Assembly (NCBI GenBank): GCA_020724885.1
Contig: DYGD01000002.1
Span: 3,038-67,037 of the forward strand
Direction of reading: 5' to 3'
Source: Candidatus Paceibacter sp.
Lineage (GTDB): Bacteria; Patescibacteriota; Minisyncoccia; Phycocordibacterales; BOKC01
Length of the DNA: 64,000 bases
In this document: positions 59,559-64,000 of the stretch, piece after piece
Position numbering within the stretch: the first letter of the stretch is position 1
How the letters are laid out: each line of letters begins with the position of its first letter
Made by a program: the position numbers and the translations under genes
The notes under the pieces: generated by a model
What the model saw: only the letters and a program-made list of their open reading frames with translations
Database searches by the model: none
Told to the model about the DNA's origin: nothing

Positions 59559-59592
59559 TTAACAATTTGCCACGGCCGTGGCAAATTGTTAA
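59559..59592. promoter_or_regulatory. 34-nt perfect palindrome ttaacaatttgccacggccgtggcaaattgttaa downstream of 58870..59391
   Basis: Perfect dyad read from sequence. Confidence 0.7.
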
Positions 59593-59733
59593 GGTGTGAT
59601 TTTTAATTAATTTTGATCACTAATTAGTAGCCATTTAGTTACTATTTTAATCAATTTTCAAGCTGTGGAATCTCAACCAAACTCAATCAAACCATACGGA
59701 AGAAGGATGGAAGGATAATTAAGACAGATAATT

Positions 59734-60423
59734 TTAAAGGATTCTTTCAACTATATTAAAGACCTTCTCGTTAATTTGCTCCGGCAACATACAGATCGGA
59801 CCTTTGCAGCAAGAGATTTTCTTCCAGTTTTTATTTATTTTTGCCAAATACAGGGCGCTGTTTCGGGAATCCTTGAGATGGAGCAAATTGTCTTCGGCAA
59901 CATCACGCTTGCCATTGAGATATTTCTTGCTTTTTTGGGCAACTTTTTTCTGAAGCCACATTTTGCTGACCTCAAACGGCACGTCAAGATAGATAACTAA
60001 ATCCGGCCTCGGAATTTCAAAAATCCCGTATTCCATTTTGTCCAACCATTCCAAAAATTTCTTTCTTTCAGTTGCGGACTTGATTTTCCCGCCCTGATGA
60101 ATTTGGTTAGCGCTGACATAACGATCGGAAATTACAATAAATCCAGCGTCAAGCCAGCTTCTAATTTGCCTGCTTGATTCAAAGCGGTCAGCCGCGTAAA
60201 GAACCGAAGCCACCCGCGGGTCGGTCTGAATAAAGTCGCCAAACTTACCACTTAAATAATTACCAATCAGCTCGCCGAAAAAGTTATCGTAGTAACGCGG
60301 AAAATCAATCGTTTTTACCTTGTATCCTTCTTTTTTAAGACGCTCGGCCAAAAGCGTAGTCTGAGTGGCCTTCCCCGAACCATCAATGCCGTCAATAACT
60401 ATGAGCTTCCCTTTCATTAGCAT
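59734..60423 (-). CDS. tmk: Thymidylate kinase
   Basis: P-loop IVIDGIDGSGKAT; dTMP kinase family pattern. Confidence 0.85.
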   Translation of the reverse strand: MLMKGKLIVIDGIDGSGKATQTTLLAERLKKEGYKVKTIDFPRYYDNFFGELIGNYLSGKFGDFIQTDPRVASVLYAADRFESSRQIRSWLDAGFIVISDRYVSANQIHQGGKIKSATERKKFLEWLDKMEYGIFEIPRPDLVIYLDVPFEVSKMWLQKKVAQKSKKYLNGKRDVAEDNLLHLKDSRNSALYLAKINKNWKKISCCKGPICMLPEQINEKVFNIVERIL

Positions 60424-60468
60424 AGATGATACCAGATGAATAATTAATTATGCTAAGATGTCCTGTAA

Positions 60469-61401
60469 ATGTTTGAAAATATCGCAAATATGAGGCCGGT
60501 TTCGGAAAGAAAAGCCGACATCCAATATCAGGGATTGTTGGAAGAAATTTTGAAAAAGGGCGTTAAATCCAAAAGCCAGCAAGGGGTGGACGCCTTGACA
60601 GTCATCGGTCCGAAAAATCTTCGCTTCAAGCTTGAAAACGGCTTTCCTATCATCAACGAGCGCAACATGGCTCCGAAAGAATCAGACCGCCTCCCGGTTA
60701 CAATCTGGAAGCAGGCAATCGGAGAAATTTTTGCTTTTGTAAACGGCGCCAGAACATTAGAGCAAATCCGTTCTTTTGGATGCAATTGGTGGGACCCTTG
60801 GGCGACAGAAGATAAATGTAGAAGCAGAGGCCTTGAAACCGGAGATTTAGGACCGGGTTCTTACGGTGCCGCCTTTCACGACTTTCCTACAACAGAGGGA
60901 GAATCATATAATCAATTTGGCGGAATTGTTCAGCAAATAAAAGAAAGACCTCACCTGCGAACTCATTTTATAACCCCTTGGGTACCACAATACACGGCGA
61001 GAATTGAAGGTAGACAGCAAAAAGTAACCATATGCCCATGCCACGGCTGGGTGCATATACGAGTTATAGACAACAAATTGACTTTGCATATGATACAGCG
61101 ATCTGCTGATGTGCCAGTGGGAGTTCCTTCAAATATGGTGCAATACGCGGCTCTCACAATGGCTATAGCGCACGTTACTGGCACGGTTCCCTATGAATTC
61201 GTGCACAGCTTTTCTGACGCTCACATTTATGTAAATCAGGTAGACGCAGTAAAAACCATGCTTGAAAGAGAACCTAAACCTTTGGCTACAATGAAAATTA
61301 ACACTAAAAAGAAAAGTTTATTTGATTTCAGAAAAGATGATTTTGAACTTTCGGACTACAATCCGCATCCGGGGATAAAGGCAATACCGGTGGCTATTTA
61401 A
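60469..61401 (+). CDS. thyA: Thymidylate synthase (ThyA type)
   Basis: Catalytic Cys region VTICPCHGWVHIRV and QRSADVPVGVPSNMVQYA. Confidence 0.9.
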   Translation: MFENIANMRPVSERKADIQYQGLLEEILKKGVKSKSQQGVDALTVIGPKNLRFKLENGFPIINERNMAPKESDRLPVTIWKQAIGEIFAFVNGARTLEQIRSFGCNWWDPWATEDKCRSRGLETGDLGPGSYGAAFHDFPTTEGESYNQFGGIVQQIKERPHLRTHFITPWVPQYTARIEGRQQKVTICPCHGWVHIRVIDNKLTLHMIQRSADVPVGVPSNMVQYAALTMAIAHVTGTVPYEFVHSFSDAHIYVNQVDAVKTMLEREPKPLATMKINTKKKSLFDFRKDDFELSDYNPHPGIKAIPVAI

Positions 61402-61407
61402 AATACT

Positions 61408-61917
61408 ATGGAGACAAAAAAACCCCGCATCAGTGTAGTGGTCGCCATTGGAAAAAATAACAGAGCCATAGGAAACAACAATAAGCTCCTTTGGCACATA
61501 CCAGAAGACCTAAAGCGCTTTAAAAGCATTACTTTGGGGCACCCGGTTATTATGGGCCGTAAAACTTTTGAATCAATTTTGGAAATTTTAGGCAAGCCCC
61601 TGCCGGGAAGAAAAAATATAGTCGTAACCAGACAAAAAGATTATGATGGTAGAGGCGCAGATGTAGTAAACTCTCTTGAAGAAGGAATAGCTCTGGCGAA
61701 AAAAGAAGAAAAAGAAGAAATATTTATAGGAGGGGGCCAGAAAATCTATGAAGAAGCTATGCCTCTAGTTGATAGAATTTATTTAACTGTAGTGGAATCA
61801 GAAAAAGAAGGAGACGCCTTTTTCCCAGAATATGAGCAGATATTCAAACGAGTTCTGGAAAGAGAAGAGGGGGGTTACAAAGGTCTGAAATATTTATGGC
61901 TAATTCTTGAAAGATGA
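61408..61917 (+). CDS. folA: Dihydrofolate reductase
   Basis: ISVVVAIGKNNRAIGNNNKLLWHIPEDLKRFK and GGGQKIYEEAMP motifs. Confidence 0.9.
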   Translation: METKKPRISVVVAIGKNNRAIGNNNKLLWHIPEDLKRFKSITLGHPVIMGRKTFESILEILGKPLPGRKNIVVTRQKDYDGRGADVVNSLEEGIALAKKEEKEEIFIGGGQKIYEEAMPLVDRIYLTVVESEKEGDAFFPEYEQIFKRVLEREEGGYKGLKYLWLILER

Positions 61918-62429
61918 CCAATAAAGATCCAAAAAACAGATTCATAAACATGGATCTCATAAGACGTGAAGACCAAAAAATGGTTATGGAAGAAATAAAA
62001 AAGCAGGGACACTGCCCTTTTTGCCGTGAAAATTTAGACAAGTACCACAAAAATCCTATTTTAAAAGAAGGGAAATTCTGGCTTTTAACTGAAAACCAGT
62101 GGCCTTACGAAAAAGTAAAGCATCAGCTTTTGGCAATTTACAAAACCCACATCGAGCATTTGGAAGAAATAGACCCTGAAGCAGGGAAAGAGCTTATAGA
62201 GCTTTTCGCCGAAGAGAGTAAAAAAAGAAATGTGGAAGGAGGGGGGATAGCAATGCGCTTTGGTTCATCAGAGCACGGAAATTACGGCTCATCCGTCTTG
62301 CACATACACGCGCATCTCATAGAACCGGATCTAGAAAATCTGGAAGAAACGGAGGCGTGGAGGTTTAAGTTCGGCCAGCCGAAAAATTACAGAAAAGGCG
62401 GTGTGGAAACAAAACCGCAAGATAATTGA
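61914..62429 (+). CDS. HIT-family hydrolase/phosphorylase (Cys-x2-Cys plus HIHAHLI)
   Basis: CPFCRE and histidine triad LHIHAHLI. Confidence 0.7.
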   Translation: MTNKDPKNRFINMDLIRREDQKMVMEEIKKQGHCPFCRENLDKYHKNPILKEGKFWLLTENQWPYEKVKHQLLAIYKTHIEHLEEIDPEAGKELIELFAEESKKRNVEGGGIAMRFGSSEHGNYGSSVLHIHAHLIEPDLENLEETEAWRFKFGQPKNYRKGGVETKPQDN

Positions 62430-62485
62430 CTCGGCCTTAGAAAAAAGTAAAATATGCCGAGGTTCTTTCACTCACACTTAGCGCT

Positions 62486-63127
62486 TTGAGAGCGAGGAGG
62501 TGTTTTTTGACAAGTGTCCAAGAACTCCGACAAAAGTTCCGTGTGCCGGGAATAAATGACCCCGAAACGCTGGTCCATATCGCCAGATCTCGAAGATACA
62601 GCCAACACTGCAAGATGGTAGAAAACGCCCTCGCCGGCAAATGCCCCTTCTGCCAGATTGATCAAGAACACAACCAGGTAATCCTTGAAACCCAATTCTG
62701 GACTGCCGTCCACTGCAACCCGCCAGAAGATCACACCAGATTCCACGTGCTCTTCATACCCAAACGCCACATAACTAATTCAGAAGCTCTCAATGAAGAT
62801 GAGTGGATCGAGCTGCGCTCCATCCGCGAGCAAGTGCGACAGAGGTTGGATTACCAAAGCCGTGGCTTGTTCATACGGGACGGCGACGCTCGACGATCTG
62901 CCGGAACAATAGCACATCTACACATCCATGAAATAGTTCCCGACGGAACCGGCCGTGTGGAGTTAACCCTCTACAAGGGAGATGAGGACGAAATCAGGGG
63001 CCTTCAGAGAGCGATAGTCTACGAGAAGCTCCGCCAAGCGGGAATCCGCCCAGACGAATCTTCGGTTCTCGCCCGAAACGTTCTCTCGCCGGAGGAACAT
63101 GAGCTGGTAGCAGATCGCCTCGGGTGA
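62486..63127 (+). CDS. Second HIT-family protein, GC-rich paralogue
   Basis: CPFCQID and histidine triad HLHIHEIV; GC above background. Confidence 0.65.
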   Translation: MRARRCFLTSVQELRQKFRVPGINDPETLVHIARSRRYSQHCKMVENALAGKCPFCQIDQEHNQVILETQFWTAVHCNPPEDHTRFHVLFIPKRHITNSEALNEDEWIELRSIREQVRQRLDYQSRGLFIRDGDARRSAGTIAHLHIHEIVPDGTGRVELTLYKGDEDEIRGLQRAIVYEKLRQAGIRPDESSVLARNVLSPEEHELVADRLG

Positions 63128-63187
63128 AAAGCGAAGACAGAGTGTTCAAGCCCAGCCCGGTTCGCAAAACGAGCCGGGCTTTTGTTT

Positions 63188-63997
63188 TTATCCAAAATCA
63201 ACAAAAATTATTTCTACCCCTTGGCTTTTGAGAATGCTCTCTTGATCCAAAACCGAATAGCCGCCGGAATAAAATAATTTTTTTATTCCCGAAAAAGCAA
63301 TTTGTTTCGCACATGGAGGACAAGGAAAAGTGGAGACATACATACTTGTACCTTCAAGAGAAATACCTTTCTTTGCCGCTTCTGCAATAAGACCGGCTTC
63401 TGAATGTAAAACGCTTGAATACTCAACCCCCACCCCCTTATGAAGAGTATTTCGAGGATCGCCATGCGCATAGGGTGTGTGCTCAGAAGGAACATGCTTG
63501 TTGTGGGTTATTAAAATTATCTTCCCATCTTTTACAACAGCCGCCCCTATTCTTCTCCACCAGTCAGAGCTTTTGTCCGCCTCTCTCTCTAGTTTTTCAA
63601 TAATTTTTTTATCAAATTCTTCTACGGAAATTTTTTGATCTGCTTCAACTGGTTTTTTTTCCATCACTTTATGCTTATCCCAACGGAGAAAAACATCATC
63701 AAAATCAACATTCTCTCCGACAAGGTTGTTGGTGGCGAAAGACCTTGAAACATCTTCTTCCGGCAATACGATTTTGAACCTTCTCCCCAAAATCCCTTTT
63801 AAAGACCCTGCTTTTAAGACGCGGACTTCATCAAAAATTTTCCAGCTCTCAATCGCTGTCTTTAGCAGGTCTGGCTGAATAGACCTGATTTCTTTGTCCA
63901 AATAGTCAGGCCAGCCCGCAATGTCAGAATCAATCAGAAACAAAATTCTTGCGTCCGCGTGCTTCCTGAAGAAACGATAATAACCTTCATGAAGCAC
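63188..63997 (-). CDS. dCMP/cytidine deaminase-family protein with N-terminal extension domain
   Basis: HSEAGLIAEA ... PCPPCAKQI zinc-binding deaminase motifs. Confidence 0.8.
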   Translation of the reverse strand: MLHEGYYRFFRKHADARILFLIDSDIAGWPDYLDKEIRSIQPDLLKTAIESWKIFDEVRVLKAGSLKGILGRRFKIVLPEEDVSRSFATNNLVGENVDFDDVFLRWDKHKVMEKKPVEADQKISVEEFDKKIIEKLEREADKSSDWWRRIGAAVVKDGKIILITHNKHVPSEHTPYAHGDPRNTLHKGVGVEYSSVLHSEAGLIAEAAKKGISLEGTSMYVSTFPCPPCAKQIAFSGIKKLFYSGGYSVLDQESILKSQGVEIIFVDFG

Positions 63998-64000
63998 CGG

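Noticed and set aside
59400-59700. Possible CRISPR array near the Cas2-like gene
   Set aside because: Only short local direct repeats (ttcttatctcat x2) and the single palindrome; no regularly spaced repeat-spacer structure anywhere in the window.

Overview
AT-rich, small-gene bacterial sequence with the hallmarks of a Candidate Phyla Radiation (Patescibacteria) genome (inference from sequence features only). The rRNA genes are unlinked: 23S and 5S lie at about 18070..11352 on the minus strand, the 16S lies at 1898..<1 on the minus strand, and about 9 kb of protein-coding genes separate them. Both large rRNAs are broken by insertions. The 16S carries one intron that runs off the window start and holds a LAGLIDADG homing-endonuclease ORF. 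The 23S carries at least five intron-like insertions, three with LAGLIDADG ORFs, plus a ~145-nt stem-loop insertion, which inflates the 2.9-kb gene to ~6.5 kb. Housekeeping content includes secDF, an envelope glycan trio (epimerase, WbaP-like transferase, GT4), rodA/ftsW, rplJ-rplL, ftsK, recA, efp, rpsF-ssb-rpsR, tatD, metG, glyQS, recO, ileS, argS, glyA and a thymidylate cluster (dut, tmk, thyA, folA, dCMP deaminase). Accessory content stands out. The main find is a diversity-generating retroelement (DGR). It has a 116-bp template/variable repeat pair (TR 49234..49349, VR 49715..49830) that differs at ~22 positions, all at TR adenines. The VR lies at the 3' end of a GC-rich 183-aa target gene (49698..50249). 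The only reverse transcriptase, with the DGR-type LGxxxSQ motif 4, is ~14 kb away at 34654..35478, wedged between tatD and rpsF; no Avd gene is evident. Other notable items follow. IleS carries an internal histidine-phosphatase (RHG) domain insertion. A short repeat sits in-frame inside argS and recurs in the efp/rpsR intergenic inverted repeat. An IS200/IS605-like (Y1 HUH) element is bounded by subterminal palindromes. A HigB/HigA-like toxin-antitoxin pair is present. A wHTH+Cas2-fold protein is flanked on both sides by a 34-bp palindrome, and no CRISPR array was found. A surface protein carries dockerin-like repeats. Several GC-rich islands with secreted or small proteins sit in an otherwise AT-rich background. 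No tRNA genes were recognised by eye.
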